This document shows, in pieces, positions 20,901 to 36,200 of a stretch of DNA of 64,000 bases. The notes under the pieces were generated by a model. That model was not told the origin of the DNA. It was given only the letters and a program-made list of their open reading frames with translations, and searched no databases. Source of the DNA: Eledone cirrhosa (taxonomy: Eukaryota); assembly GCA_964016885.1 (NCBI GenBank), contig CAXHJY010000264.1, positions 62,001 to 126,000 of the forward strand. The letters are read 5' to 3'. Position numbers and translations under genes: made by a program. How positions within the stretch are numbered: position 1 is the first letter of the stretch; each line of letters opens with the position of its first letter.

Positions 20901-21922
20901 GTTCTGGTGCAATAAGTAGCAGCAAGTGCCCACGAAATACTAGCTCTTTCAATTGCGCAGAGGGTTCTATAGAAATAGTGGACAGCTTCCGTTACCTGGG
21001 CGATAAAATCAGCAGTGGGGGAGGGTGCTCTGAAAGTACTGTAGCTAGAGTCAGAACTGGTTGGAAAAAGTTCAGAGAGCTTATACCACTATTAGCTGCT
21101 AAAGGGTTCTCCCTAAAAATGAAAGGCAGGTTGTACGATGCCTGCATACGAACAGCAATGTTGCATGGTAGTGAGACCTGGGCATTGTGTGCAGAGGATA
21201 TACGCAGACTAGAGAGGAACGAAGCTTGCATGCTCCGCTGGATGTGTAACAGTAATATACGTGAACGGCAAAGCATAAACGAACTAAGGAAAAAATTAGA
21301 GATAAGAGGGATCAGATGTTGTTTACTCGAGAGAAGGCTGCGTTGGTATGAACACGTGATGCGCATGAAAGTCGATAGCTGTATAACAAAGTGCAGGGCA
21401 ATAAAGATAGACGGTAGCCACGGAATAGGCAGACCTAGAAAAACATGGGATGAGCTGATAAACTCCGACCTCACACACTTACACCTCTCCAAGACAATGT
21501 CACTGGACCGAGACCTTTGGCGGTACTCAGTAACAGAGAAGACCCGCCTTGCCAGTAGGCATCTCTAACAAAATACACCCCGTCCCGCCACCACCCCCAC
21601 CCCATCCACACCACCCCGTTCTATGTAAAGTTATGTTGGTGCCGCGCCATCCAGGCCGAAACAAATGAGATCGTGTAGGTGTCACGACAAAAAAACACAC
21701 AGTCCACGCTGTAATGTGGCCGTGTAGGCAACACGGTAAAAACCTCCCAGACCCACACTGTAAATGTGGTTGGTGTTAGGAAGGGCATCCAACTGTAGAA
21801 AACCTGCCAGACAGTCCTATGCGAGCAAGACAATCACTCTTGCCTCAAGTGGGACTACCCCCGTACAAACCCATGCAAGCGTGGAACACGGACGTTAAAC
21901 GTTGATGATGATGATGATGATG
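17939..21922 (+). mobile_element. Near-full-length RTE-clade non-LTR retrotransposon (5' UTR, single ORF, 3' UTR, (GAT)n tail), flanked by (TA)n tracts
   Basis: Contains the APE-RT ORF. The 3' UTR matches copies at 6137-6521, 7511-7860 (rc) and 17497-17875, and ends GGACGTTAAACG(TGA)n. The 5' boundary is taken as the end of the TA tract at ~17938. Confidence 0.9.
18290..21568 (+). CDS. RTE LINE polyprotein: apurinic-type endonuclease + reverse transcriptase with an embedded C4HC3 finger (real start possibly the ATG at 18455)
   Basis: 1092-aa open frame. APE motifs GTINV, IQETR, AGDLNGH, QVDYIL, SQHRL. RT motifs NYRGIKL, QFGF, FVDLEKAFD, GVHQGSVLSPLLF, YADD, FRYLG. RTE-type C-terminus RRLRWY.HV and GRPRKTW. 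Confidence 0.93.
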   Translation: MPGCLRYMMDGWTDCGILESGWERKIWTLRTKMPKLKSNSPRGRECEHSSLFRPRMANVTLSPPAPHHPHPPNATQNFRVGTINVGTLKGRANEVVEMLERKEVDVCCIQETRWRGGSARFIEGKKRCYKLFWVGNDDGLGGVGIMIAEKWADKIIDVNRVNDRIIKIRLVLNRTTVTVISACAPQSGLPGTIKDRFYETLLLTTSQISDRDYIIIAGDLNGHVGQHCDGYDEIHGGYGFGTRNEEGSRILEFCDANNLTICNTNFKKRDNHLITYRSGEHTSQVDYILTRRRDRVSVVNTKSLPHEKCTSQHRLIISDLIVRTRRTRQQKRTILRRKIWKLKDLTARNKFQSILLDAFDSKEEHLESDNIEGQWEFLKANLLLATDEVCGWSRPVGRRRVTWWWNSRVEGSIKAKKQAWKVWRDGGSRVDYQVARREARREVYLARREAEERKFKHVLQRDDQKREVFRIARQCVKENRDIVGEKCVLNDDGILAITDTDKKVAWKCHYERLLNEENKWEKDSLPHIDPIEGPAVLVEGSIISKAIKDMKTGKAAGPSEIVAEMLKASGTVGQTMVTRIVNQVVQNGVVPKDWHSSIIVNCYKGKGDALDRSNYRGIKLIDQVMKVTEKVIAQLIRERIDLDEMQFGFVSGKSTTDALFIVRQLQEKYLAKGKPLYLAFVDLEKAFDRVPRSIIWWALRKLGVDEWLVRAIQAMYKETVSKVRINNEYSEEFSVKVGVHQGSVLSPLLFIIALQAITEEFKTGCPRELLYADDLTLIAESMAELEKKFQTWKHGLESKGLKINLAKTKVLVCRKENKAVVPSGKWSCSVCRKGVGRNSILCPKCKVWVHKRCSGITGKLTKNIDFTCGRCSGAISSSKCPRNTSSFNCAEGSIEIVDSFRYLGDKISSGGGCSESTVARVRTGWKKFRELIPLLAAKGFSLKMKGRLYDACIRTAMLHGSETWALCAEDIRRLERNEACMLRWMCNSNIRERQSINELRKKLEIRGIRCCLLERRLRWYEHVMRMKVDSCITKCRAIKIDGSHGIGRPRKTWDELINSDLTHLHLSKTMSLDRDLWRYSVTEKTRLASRHL

Positions 21923-21973
<51 letters not shown>

Positions 21974-21994
21974 CATATATACATATATATATAT

Positions 21995-22902
21995 CATCAT
22001 CATCATCATCATCATTTTACGTCCGCTTTTCCCTGCTTGCAAGGGTGGGACGGGTCTTATTCAGCACAGTCCTTTGTCATCTCCACCGTGAGCTTCAATG
22101 ATCTGAGGTCTGTTCTCACCACCTCCGCCCATGTTTTTCATGGTCTACCTCTACCACGTCTTCCTTCAACTGGCAATTCCTGGCACTTCTTCACCCATCG
22201 GTCATCCTCCATGCGCATCACATGTCCATACCACCTCAGTCTCCTCTCCCGTACACTACATTCTATCCCTCTCAGACACAGTTTCTCTCTCAACACATTT
22301 ATGCTGGGTCGTTCATGCACATTTACAACGGACATATCCAACGGAGCATGCTTGCCTCATTTCTCTCCAGCCGTCGCATATCCTCTGCAGTTGCTGCCCA
22401 TGCAGCATCGCGCTCCTCACACAGGCATCATACAACCGGCCTTTCGTACGCAGGGAGAAACCCTTCTTCGTCAACAGAGGAAGCAGCTCCCTAAACTTCT
22501 TCCAACCCGTCCTTATTCTAGATACTATGGCCTCGGAACACCCTCCTCCCATGCTAATCTGATCTCCTAGGTACCGGAAGCTATCCACCACTTCTATAGC
22601 GCCCTCTTGCATTTGAAAAATGTGTCTATCAATGCGACTTCTGCTGTCTAATTTCCCTGTACATCTACTGCATACATATTTCTCCCTACCTGTTAGTTTG
22701 CCTGCTATCCCGCTACATCTCTTGTGTACCCAGGATCTGCATTGTGTGCATTTTATAGAATTTATGCCAGTTCCTTTTCTGCATATCGAACATGGCTATT
22801 TCCCTGACGGAATCAAGGTTTTGTCCTCTTTTCTACTCATCAACACTTTTGTCTTAGCTAGGTTCACTCTCAGTCCTCTTGCTTCCAACTGCTGTTTCCA
22901 TA
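21995..22902 (-). mobile_element. Truncated RTE copy of a second subfamily, tail-to-tail with the full-length element
   Basis: Minus-strand ORFs EVVDSFRYLGDQISMGGGCSE and ERRLRWYGHVMRMEDD; (ATC)n tail. Confidence 0.9.
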
Positions 22903-23719
22903 GCAGAGAGAGAAGGAGAGAGAGAGAGAGAGGGAGAGAGAGAGAGAGAGAAGTATTATATTGTATCCAGATACATACATTTGTCACTTCACTGTGTCTG
23001 TGTTTACATTAGTATCAAATGACACTAATTTTTTCTGTTTAATTTTTAGAGCAAATATAATTAATGTATATTAATTACATCAGTAACTTTGTTTACTGGA
23101 TCTATAAACCCCACTAGAATCGTTAATGTATCAGAATCAGGCAACAGAATGTTCTCATGCAGTTGGCATTTACTCGCTCCTTGCTATGACTCATGAATAG
23201 TTTGCACTGTTTAAGTAATTCTTATATTCTTTTACTGATTTCAGTCATTAGACAGTGGCTATGCTGGGGCATCGTTTTCAAGGGTTTATTAGATCATATT
23301 GACCCCCAGTACTCAGTACTTATTTTTTCAACTGCGTTATTTTATCTATCTTTTCTTTTGTAGAAATAGTGCCAGTTTCTGAAAGTTTTGTATCAAATGA
23401 TTAAAGGAGTGCAAAATGATTAAAGGAGTGCAAAATGATTTGGACTCTGTACCAACAGCACCAGTTGAGATAAATGTTCTTAAAAACCCCCAGATGTGGT
23501 TTATGTTTTGTGGGATGTGAGGCTCCCCTTAGTCATGATTAACCATAAATTTTCCTCTGAAGATTTTCTCCAAAGCACCAGCCTGAGCAAGAGATATGTT
23601 GTATGGAAGACCAGCAGTTACCGATGCATGCCAGTCTCCCCTGATACTGGTGTTGTCCAAGGGAAAAGCAAAGTCCAGTCATGAGTTATGACAACACAGC
23701 TTGGCATCAGTGTCATCAT

Positions 23720-23788
23720 AACTCATTTTTTCGAGCTGAATGGATTGGAGCAATGTGAATTAAAATATCTTGCTCAAGGACACAATGC
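23720..23788 (-). mobile_element. SINE fragment truncated at the satellite boundary
   Basis: TGGAGCAATGTGAATTAAAATATCTTGCTCAAGGACACAA is the reverse complement of ~9495-9534. Confidence 0.7.
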
Positions 23789-26700
23789 ATATAGTGAGAC
23801 AGACTGAGATATATATAGTGAGACAGACTGACATATATATAGTGAGACAGACTGACATATATATATAGTGAGACAGACTGACATATATATATAGTGAGAC
23901 AGAGTGACATATATATATAGTGAGACAGACTGACATATATATATAGTGAGACAGACTGACATATATATAGTGAGACAGACTGACATATATATAGGGAGAC
24001 AGACTGACATATATATATAGTGAGACAGACTGACATATATATATAGTGAGACAGACTGACATATATATATAGTGAGACAGACTGACATATATATAGTGAG
24101 ATAGACTGACATATATATAGTTAGACAGACTGACATATATATAGTGAGACAGACTGACATATATATAGTGAGACAGACTGACATATACATAGTGAGACAG
24201 ACTGACATATATATAGTGAGACAGACTGACATATATATAGTGAGACAGACTGATATATATATAGTGAGACAGACTGATATATATATAGTGAGACAGACTG
24301 ACATATATATATAGTGAGACAGACTGACATATATATATAGTGAGACAGACTGACATATATATATAGTGAGACAGACTAACATATATATAGTGAGACAGAC
24401 TGACATATATATAGTGAGACAGACTGACATATATATAGTGAGACAGACTGACATATATATAGTGAGACAGACTGACATATATATATAGTGAGACAGACTG
24501 ACATATATATATAGTGAGACAGACTGACATATATATAAAGTGAGACAGACTGACATATATATAGTGATACAGACTGACATATATATAGTGAGACAGACTG
24601 ACATGTATATACAGTGAGACAGACTGACATATATATAGTGAGACAGACTGACATATATATAGTGAGACAGACTGACATATATATATAGTGAGACAGACTG
24701 ACATATATATATAGTGAGACAGACTGACATATATATAGTGCGACAGACTGACATATATATAGTGAGACAGACTGACATATATATAGTGAGACAGACTGAC
24801 ATATATATATAGTGAGACAGACTGACATATATATATAGTGAGACAGACTGACATATATATATAGTGAGACAGACTGACATATATATAGTGACAGACTGAC
24901 ATATATATAGTGAGACAGACTGACATATGTATATAGTGAGACAGACTGACATATATATAGTGAGATAGACTGACATATTTATAGTGAGACAGACTGACAT
25001 ATATATAGTGAGACAGACTGATATATATAGTGAGACAGACTGATATATATAGTGAGACAGACTGATATATATAGTGAGACAGACTGACATATATATAGTG
25101 AGACAGACTGACATATATATAGTGAGACAGACTGACATATATATAGTGAGACAGACTGACATATATATAGTGAGACAGACTGACATATAGATATAGTGAG
25201 ACAGACTGACATATATATAGTGAGACAGACTGACATATATATATAGTGAGACAGACTGACATATATATAGTGAGACAGACTGACATATATATAGTGAGAC
25301 AGACTGACATATATATAGTGAGACAGACTGACATATATAGAGACAGACTGACATATATATAGTGAGACAGACAGACATATATATATAGTGAGACAGACTG
25401 ACACATATATATAGTGAGACAGACTGACATATATATATAGTGAGACAGACTGACATATATATATAGTGAGACAGACTGACATATATATAGTGAGACAGAG
25501 TGACATATATATAGTGAGACAGTCTGACATATATATAGTGAGACAGACTGAAATATATATATAGTGAGACAGACTGACATATATATAGTGAGACAGACTG
25601 ACATATATATAGTGAGACAGACTGACATATATATAAAGTGAGACAGACTGACATATATATATAGTGAGACAGACTGACATATATATATAGTGAGGCAGAC
25701 TGACATATATATATTGCGAGTGACAGACATATATATAGTGAGACAGACTGACATATATATAGTGAGACAGACTGACATATATATAGTGAGACAGACTGAC
25801 ATATATATATAGTGAGATAGACATATATATAGTGAGACAGACTGACATATATATATAGTGAGACAGACTGTCATATATATAGTGAGACAGACTGTCATAT
25901 ATATAGTGAGACAGACTGACATATACATAGTGAGACAGACTGACATATATATATATATATAGTGAGACAGACTGACATATATATATAGTGAGACAGACTT
26001 ACATATATATAGTGAGACAGACTGACTTATATATAGTGAGACAGACTGACATGTATATATAGTGAGACAGACGGACATATAAATATACAGTGAGACAGAC
26101 TGACATATATATAGTGAGACAGACTGAGACATATATAGTGAGACAGACTGACATATATATAGTGAGACAGACTGACATATATATATAGTGAGACAGACTG
26201 ACATATATATATAGTGAGACAGAGTGACATATATAGTGATACAGAGTGACATATATATAGTGAGACAGACTGACATATATATAGGGAGACAGACTGACAT
26301 ATATATATAGTGAGACAGACTGACATATATATATAGTGAGACAGACTGACATATATATAGTGAGACAGACTAACATATATATAGTGAGACAGACTGACAT
26401 ATATATAGTGAGACAGACTGACATATATATAGTGAGACAGACTGACATATATATAGTGAGACAGACTGACATATATATAGTGAGACAGACTGATATATAT
26501 ATAGTGAGACAGACTGACATATATATATAGTGAGACAGACTGACATATATATAGTGAGACAGACTGACATATATATAGTGAGACAGACTGACATATATAT
26601 ATATATAGTGAGACAGACTGACATATATATATAGTGAGACAGACTGACATATATATAGTGCGACAGACTGACATATATATATAGTGAGACAGACTGACAT

Positions 26701-27140
26701 ATATATAGTGAGACAGACTGACATATATATATAGTGAGACAGACTGACATATATATAGTGAGACAGACTGACATATATATATAGTGAGACAGACTGACAT
26801 ATATATATAGTGAGACAGACTGACATATATATAGTGCGACAGACTGACATATATATATAGTGAGACAGACTGACATATATATAGTGAGACAGACTGACAT
26901 ATATATATAGTGAGACAGACTGACATATATATAGTGAGGCAGACTGACATATATATATAGTGAGACGGACTGACATATATATAGTGAGACAGACTGACAT
27001 ATATATAGTGAGACAGACTGACATATGTATATAGTGAGACAGACTGACATATATATATAGTGAAACAGACTGACATATATATAGTGAGACAGACTGACAT
27101 ATATATAGTGAGACAGACTGACATATATATAGTGAGACAG

Positions 27141-27265
27141 TCTGTCTCACTATATCTATATGTCAGTCTGTCTCACTATATATATGTCAGTCTGTCTCAC
27201 TATATATATGTCAGTCTGTCTCACTATATATATGTCAGTCTGTCTCACTATATCTATATGTCAGT
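27141..27265 (-). repeat. Inverted block of ~5 satellite monomers
   Basis: Units read TGTCAGTCTGTCTCACTATATA; junctions GAGACAG-T-CTGTCTC and TGTCAG-T-CTGACA. Confidence 0.95.
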
Positions 27266-30200
27266 CTGACATATATATAGTGAGACAGACTGACATATAT
27301 ATATAGTGAGACAGACTGACATATATATATAGTGAGACAGACTGACATATATATAGTGAGACAGACTGACATATATATATAGTGAGACAGACTGACATAT
27401 ATATAGTGAGACAGACTGACATATATATATAGGGAGACAGACTGACATATATATAGTGAGACAGACTGACATATATATAGTGAGACAGACTGACATATAT
27501 ATATAGTGAGACAGACTGACATATATATATATAGTGAGACAGACTGACATATATATAGTGTGACAGACTGACATATATATAGTGAGACAGACTGACATAT
27601 ATATAGTGAGACAGACTGACATATATATATAGTGAGACAGACTGACATATATATAGTGAGACAGACTGACATATACATAGTGACACAGACTGACATATAT
27701 ATATATATAGTGAGACAGACTGACATATATATATAGTGAGACAGACTTACATATATATAGTGAGACAGACTGACTTATATATAGTGAGACAGACTGTCAT
27801 GGATATATAGTGAGACAGACTGACATATATATATACAGTGAGACAGACTGACATATATATATACAGTGAGACAGACTGACATATATATAGTGAGACAGAC
27901 TGAGACATATATAGTGAGACAGACTGACATATATATAGTGAGACAGACTGACATATATATATAGTGAGACAGACTGACATATATATATAGTGAGACAGAG
28001 TGATATATATATATAGTGAGACAGAGTGACATATATATAGTGAGACAGACTGACATATATATAGGGAGACAGACTGACATATATATATAGTGAGACAGAC
28101 TGACATATATATATAGTGAGACAGACTGACATATATATAGTGAGACAGACTAACATATATATAGTGAGACAGACTGACATATATATAGTGAGACAGACTG
28201 TCATATATATAGTGAGACAGACTGACATATATATAGTGAGACAGACTGATATATATATAGTGAGACAGACTGACATATATATATAGTGAGACAGACTGAC
28301 ATATATATAGTGAGACAGACTGACATATATATAGTGAGACAGACTGAAATATATATATATAGTGAGACAGACTGACATATATATATAGTGAGACAGACTG
28401 ACATATATATAGTGCGACAGACTGACATATATATATAGCGAGACAGACTGACATATATATATAGTGAGACAGACTGACATATATATAGTGAGACAGACTG
28501 ACATATATATATAGTGAGACAGACTGACATATATATATAGTGAGACAGACTGACATATATATAGTGAGACAGACTGACATATATATATATAGTGAGACAG
28601 ACTGACATATATATATAGTGAGACAGACTGACATATATATAGTGAGACAGGCTGACATATATATAGTGAGACAGACTGACATATATATAGTGAGACAGAC
28701 TGACATAAATATAGTGAGACAGACTGACATATATATAGTGAGGCAGACTGACATATATATATAGTGAGACAGACTGACATATATATAGCGAAACAGACTG
28801 ACATATATATAGTGAGACAGACTGACATATATATATAGTGAGACAGACTGACATATATATAGTGAGACAGACTGACATATATATATAGAGACAGACTGAC
28901 ATATATATAGTGAGACAGACTGACATATATATATAGTGAGACAGACTGACATATATACAGCGAAACAGACTGACATATATATAGTGAGACAGACTGACAT
29001 ATATATATAGTGAGACAGACTGACATATATATACTGAGACAGACTGACATATATATATAGAGACAGACTGACATATATATAGAGACAGACTGATATATAT
29101 ATATAGTGAGACAGACTGACACATATATAGTGAGACGACTGACATATATATATAGTGAGACAGACTGACATATATATAGTGAGACAGACTGACATATATA
29201 TAGTGAGACAGACTGACATATATATATAGTGAGACAGACTGACATATATATATAGTGAGACAGACTGACATATATATATAGTGACACAGACTGACATATA
29301 TATAGAGAGACAGACTGACATATATAAATAGTGAGACAGACTGACATATATATAGTGAGACAGACTGACATATATATAGTGAGACAGACTGACATATATA
29401 GTGAGACAGACTGACATATATATATAGTGAGACAGACTGACATATATATAGTGAGACAGACTCACATATATATATAGTGAGACAGACTGACATATATATA
29501 TAGAGACAGACTGACATATATATAGTGAGACAGACTGACATATATATATAGTCAGATAGACTGACATATATATAGCGAAACAGACTGACATATATATAGT
29601 GAGACAGACTGACATATATAAATAGTGAGACAGACTGACATATATATAGTGAGACAGACTGACATATATATAGTGAGACAGACTGACATATATAGTGAGA
29701 CAGACTGACATATATATATAGTGAGACAGACTGACATATATATAGTGAGACAGACTCACATATATATATAGTGAGACAGACTGACATATATATATAGAGA
29801 CAGACTGACATATATATAGTGAGACAGACTGACATATATATATAGTCAGATAGACTGACATATATATAGCGAAACAGACTGACATATATATAGTGAGACA
29901 GACTGACATATATATATCGTGAGACAGACTGACATATATATAGTGAGACAGACTGACATATATATATAGAGGCAGACTGACATATATATAGTGAGACAGA
30001 CTGACATATATATAGAGACAGACTGATATATATATATAGTGAGACAGACTGACACATATATAGTGAGACGACTGACATATATATATAGTGAGACAGACTG
30101 ACATATATATAGTGAGACAGACTGACATATATATAGTGAGACAGACTGACATATATATATAGTGAGACAGACTGACATATATATAGTGAGACAGACTGAC

Positions 30201-33200
30201 ATATATATAGTGAGACAGACTGACATATATAAATAGTGAGACAGACTGACATATATATATAGTGAGACAGACTGACATATATATAGTGAGACAGACTGAC
30301 ATATATATAGTGAGACAGACTGACATATATATATAGTGAGACAGACTGACATATATATATAGTGAGACAGATTGACATATATATATAGTGAGACAGACTG
30401 ACATATATATAGTGAGACAGACTGACATATATATAGTGAGACAGACTGACATATATAGTGAGACAGACTGACATATATATATAGTGAGACAGACTGACAT
30501 ATATATATAGTGAGACAGACTGACATATATATAGTGAGACAGGCTGACATATATATAGTGAGACAGACTGACATATATATAGTGAGACAGACTGACATAT
30601 ATATATAGTGAGACAGACTGACATATATATAGTGAGACAGACTGACATATATATATAGAGACAGACTGACATATATATAGTGAGACAGGCTGACATATAT
30701 ATATAGTGAGACAGACTGACATATATATAGTGAGACAGACTGACATATATATAGTGAGACAGACTGACATATATATATAGTGAGACAGACTGACATATAT
30801 ATATATAGTGAGACAGACTGACATATATATAGTGTGACAGACTGACATATATATAGTGAGACAGACTGACATATATATAGTGAGACAGACTGACATATAT
30901 ATATAGTGAGACAGACTGACATATATAGTGAGACAGACTGACATATACATAGTGAGACAGACTGACATATATATATAGTGAGACAGACTGACATATATAT
31001 ATAGTGAGACAGACAGACATATATATATATATAGACAGACTGACATATATATATATAGTGAGACAGACTGACATATATATATAGTGAGACAGACTGACAT
31101 ATATATAGTGAGACAGACTGACATATATATAGTGAGACAGACTGACATATATATATAGTGAGACAGAGTGACATATATATAGTGAGACAGACTGACATAT
31201 ATATAGGGAGACAGACTGACATATATATATAGTGAGACAGACTGACATATATATATAGTGAGACAGACTGACATATATATAGTGAGACAGACTAACATAT
31301 ATATAGTGAGACAGACTGACATATATATAGTGAGACAGACTGACATATATATAGTGAGACAGACTGACATATATATAGTGAGACAGACTGACATATATAT
31401 AGTGAGACAGACTGATATATATATAGTGAGACAGACTGACATATATATATAGTGAGACAGACTGACATATATATAGTGAGACAGACTGACATATATATAG
31501 TGAGACAGACTGACATATATATATATAGTGAGACAGACTGACATATATATATAGTGAGACAGACTGACATATATATAGTGCGACAGACTGACATATATAT
31601 ATAGTGAGACAGACTGACATATATATATAGTGAGACAGACTGACATATATATAGTGAGACAGACTGACATATATATATAGTGAGACAGACTGACATATAT
31701 ATATAGTGAGACAGACTGACATATATATATATATAGTGAGACAGACTGACATATATATATAGTGAGACAGACTGACATATATATAGAGACAGGCTGACAT
31801 ATATATAGTGAGACAGACTGACATATATATAGTGAGACAGACTGACATAAATATAGTGAGACAGACTGACATATATATAGTGAGACAGACTGACATATAT
31901 ATATAGTGAGACAGACTGACATATATATAGCGAAACAGACTGACATATATATAGTGAGACAGACTGACATATATATATAGTGAGACAGACTGACATATAT
32001 ATAGTGAGACAGACTGACATATATATATAGAGACAGACTGACATATATATAGTGAGGCAGACTGACATATATATATAGTGAGACAGACTGACATATATAT
32101 AGCGAAACAGACTGACATATATATAGTGAGACAGACTGACATATATATATAGTGAGACAGACTGACATATATATACTGAGACAGACTGACATATATATAT
32201 AGAGACAGACTGACATATATATAGAGACAGACTGATATATATATATAGTGAGACAGACTGACACATATATAGTGAGACGACTGACATATATATATAGTGA
32301 GACAGACTGACATATATATAGTGAGACAGACTGACATATATATAGTGAGACAGACTGACATATATATATAGTGAGACAGACTGACATATATATATAGTGA
32401 GACAGACTGACATATATATAGAGAGACAGACTGACATATATAAATAGTGAGACAGACGGACATATATATATAGTGAGACAGACTGACATATATATAGTGA
32501 GACAGACTGACATATATATAGTGAGACAGACTGACGTATATATATAGTGAGACAGACTGACATATATATATAGTGAGACAGATTGACATATATATAGTGA
32601 GACAGACTGACATATATATAGTGAGACAGACTGACATATATATAGTGAGACAGACTGACATATATAGTGAGACAGACTGACATATATATATAGTGAGACA
32701 GACTGACATATATATAGTAAGACAGACTGACATATATATATAGTGAGACAGACTGACATATATATATAGAGACAGACTGACATATATATAGTGAGACAGA
32801 CTGACATATATATATAGTGAGACAGACTGACATATATATAGCGAAACAGACTGACATATATATAGTGAGACAGACTGACATATATATATAGTGAGACAGA
32901 CTGACATATATATAGTGAGACAGACTGACATATATATATAGAGGCAGACTGACATATATATAGTGAGACAGACTGACATATATATAGAGACAGACTGATA
33001 TATATATATAGTGAGACAGACTGACACATATATAGTGAGACGACTGACATATATATATAGTGAGACAGACTGACATATATATAGTGAGACAGACTGACAT
33101 ATATATAGTGAGACAGACTGACATATATATATAGTGAGACAGACTGACATATATATAGTGAGACAGACTGACATATATATAGTGAGACAGACTGACATAT

Positions 33201-36200
33201 ATAAATAGTGAGACAGACTGACATATATATATAGTGAGACAGACTGACATATATATAGTGAGACAGACTGACATATATATAGTGAGACAGACTGACATAT
33301 ATATAGTGAGACAGACTGACATATATATATAGTGAGACAGATTGACATATATAGTTAGACAGACTGACATATATATAGTGAGACAGACTGACATATATAG
33401 TGAGACAGACTGACATATATATATAGTGAGACAGACTGACATATATATATAGTGAGACAGACTGACATATATATAGTGAGACAGGCTGACATATATATAG
33501 TGAGACAGACTGACATATATATAGTGAGACAGACTGACATATATATATAGTGAGACAGACTGACATATATATAGTGAGACAGACTGACATATATATATAG
33601 AGACAGACTGACATATATATAGTGAGACAGGCTGACATATATATATAGTGAGACAGACTGACATATATATAGTGAGACAGACTGACATATATATATAGTG
33701 AGACAGACTGACATATATATAGTGAGACAGACTGACATATATATATAGTGAGACAGACTGACATATATATATATATAGTGAGACAGACTGACATATATAT
33801 AGTGTGACAGACTGACATATATATAGTGAGACAGACTGACATATATATAGTGAGACAGACTGACATATATATATAGTGAGACAGACTGACATATATAGTG
33901 AGACAGACTGACATATACATAGTGAGACAGACTGACATATATATATAGTGAGACAGACTGACATATATATATATAGTGAGACAGACAGACATATATATAT
34001 AGTGAGACAGACTGACATATATATAGTGAGACAGGCTGACATATATATAGTGAGACAGACTGACATATATATAGTGAGACAGACTGACATAAATATAGTG
34101 AGACAGACTGACATATATATAGTGAGACAGACTGACATATATATATAGTGAGACAGACTGACATATATATAGCGAAACAGACTGACATATATATAGTGAG
34201 ACAGACTGACATATATATATAGTGAGACAGACTGACATATATATAGTGAGACAGACTGACATATATATATAGAGACAGACTGACATATATATAGTGAGAC
34301 AGACTGACATATATATATAGTGAGACAGACTGACATATATATAGCGAAACAGACTGACATATATATAGTGAGACAGACTGACATATATATATAGTGAGAC
34401 AGACTGACATATATATACTGAGACAGACTGACATATATATATAGAGACAGACTGACATATATATAGAGACAGACTGATATATATATATAGTGAGACAGAC
34501 TGACACATATAGTGAGACGACTGACATATATATATAGTGAGACAGACTGACATATATATAGTGAGACAGACTGACATATATATAGTGAGACAGACTGACA
34601 TATATATATAGTGAGACAGACTGACATATATATATAGTGAGACAGACTGACATATATATAGAGAGACAGACTGACATATATATAGTGAGACAGACTGACA
34701 TATATATAGTGAGACAGACTGACATATATAGAGACAGACTGACATATATATAGTGAGACAGACAGACATATATATATAGTGAGACAGACTGACATATATA
34801 TATAGTGAGACAGACTGACATATATATATAGTGAGACAGACTGACATATATATATAGTGAGACAGACTGACATATATATAGTGAGACAGACTGACATATA
34901 TATATAGTGAGACAGACTGACATATATATAGTGAGACAGACTGACATATATATATAGGGAGACAGACTGACATATATATAGTGAGACAGACTGACATATA
35001 TATAGTGAGACAGACTGACATATATATATAGTGAGACAGACTGACATATATATATATAGTGAGACAGACTGACATATATATAGTGTGACAGACTGACATA
35101 TATATAGTGAGACAGACTGACATATATATAGTGAGACAGACTGACATATATATATAGTGAGACAGACTGACATATATATAGTGAGACAGACTGACATATA
35201 CATAGTGACACAGACTGACATATATATATATATAGTGAGACAGACTGACATATATATATAGTGAGACAGACTTACATATATATAGTGAGACAGACTGACT
35301 TATATATAGTGAGACAGACTGACATGGATATATAGTGAGACAGACTGACATATATATATACAGTGAGACAGACTGACATATATATATACAGTGAGACAGA
35401 CTGACATATATATAGTGAGACAGACTGAGACATATATAGTGAGACAGACTGACATATATATAGTGAGACAGACTGACATATATATATAGTGAGACAGACT
35501 GACATATATATATAGTGAGACAGAGTGATATATATATATAGTGAGACAGAGTGACATATATATAGTGAGACAGACTGACATATATATAGGGAGACAGACT
35601 GACATATATATATAGTGAGACAGACTGACATATATATATAGTGAGACAGACTGACATATATATAGTGAGACAGACTAACATATATATAGTGAGACAGACT
35701 GACATATATATAGTGAGACAGACTGTCATATATATAGTGAGACAGACTGACATATATATAGTGAGACAGACTGATATATATATAGTGAGACAGACTGACA
35801 TATATATATAGTGAGACAGACTGACATATATATAGTGAGACAGACTGACATATATATAGTGAGACAGACTGAAATATATATATATAGTGAGACAGACTGA
35901 CATATATATATAGTGAGACAGACTGACATATATATAGTGCGACAGACTGACATATATATATAGTGAGACAGACTGACATATATATATAGTGAGACAGACT
36001 GACATATATATAGTGAGACAGACTGACATATATATATAGTGAGACAGACTGACATATATATATAGTGAGACAGACTGACATATATATAGTGAGACAGACT
36101 GACATATATATATATAGTGAGACAGACTGACATATATATATATATAGTGAGACAGACTGACATATATATAGTGAGACAGGCTGACATATATATAGTGAGA

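Noticed and set aside
17197-21922. LTR retrotransposon suggested by ~680-bp direct repeats
   Set aside because: The repeats are LINE 3' ends with (GAT)n tails; there is no gag, integrase, PBS or TG..CA.
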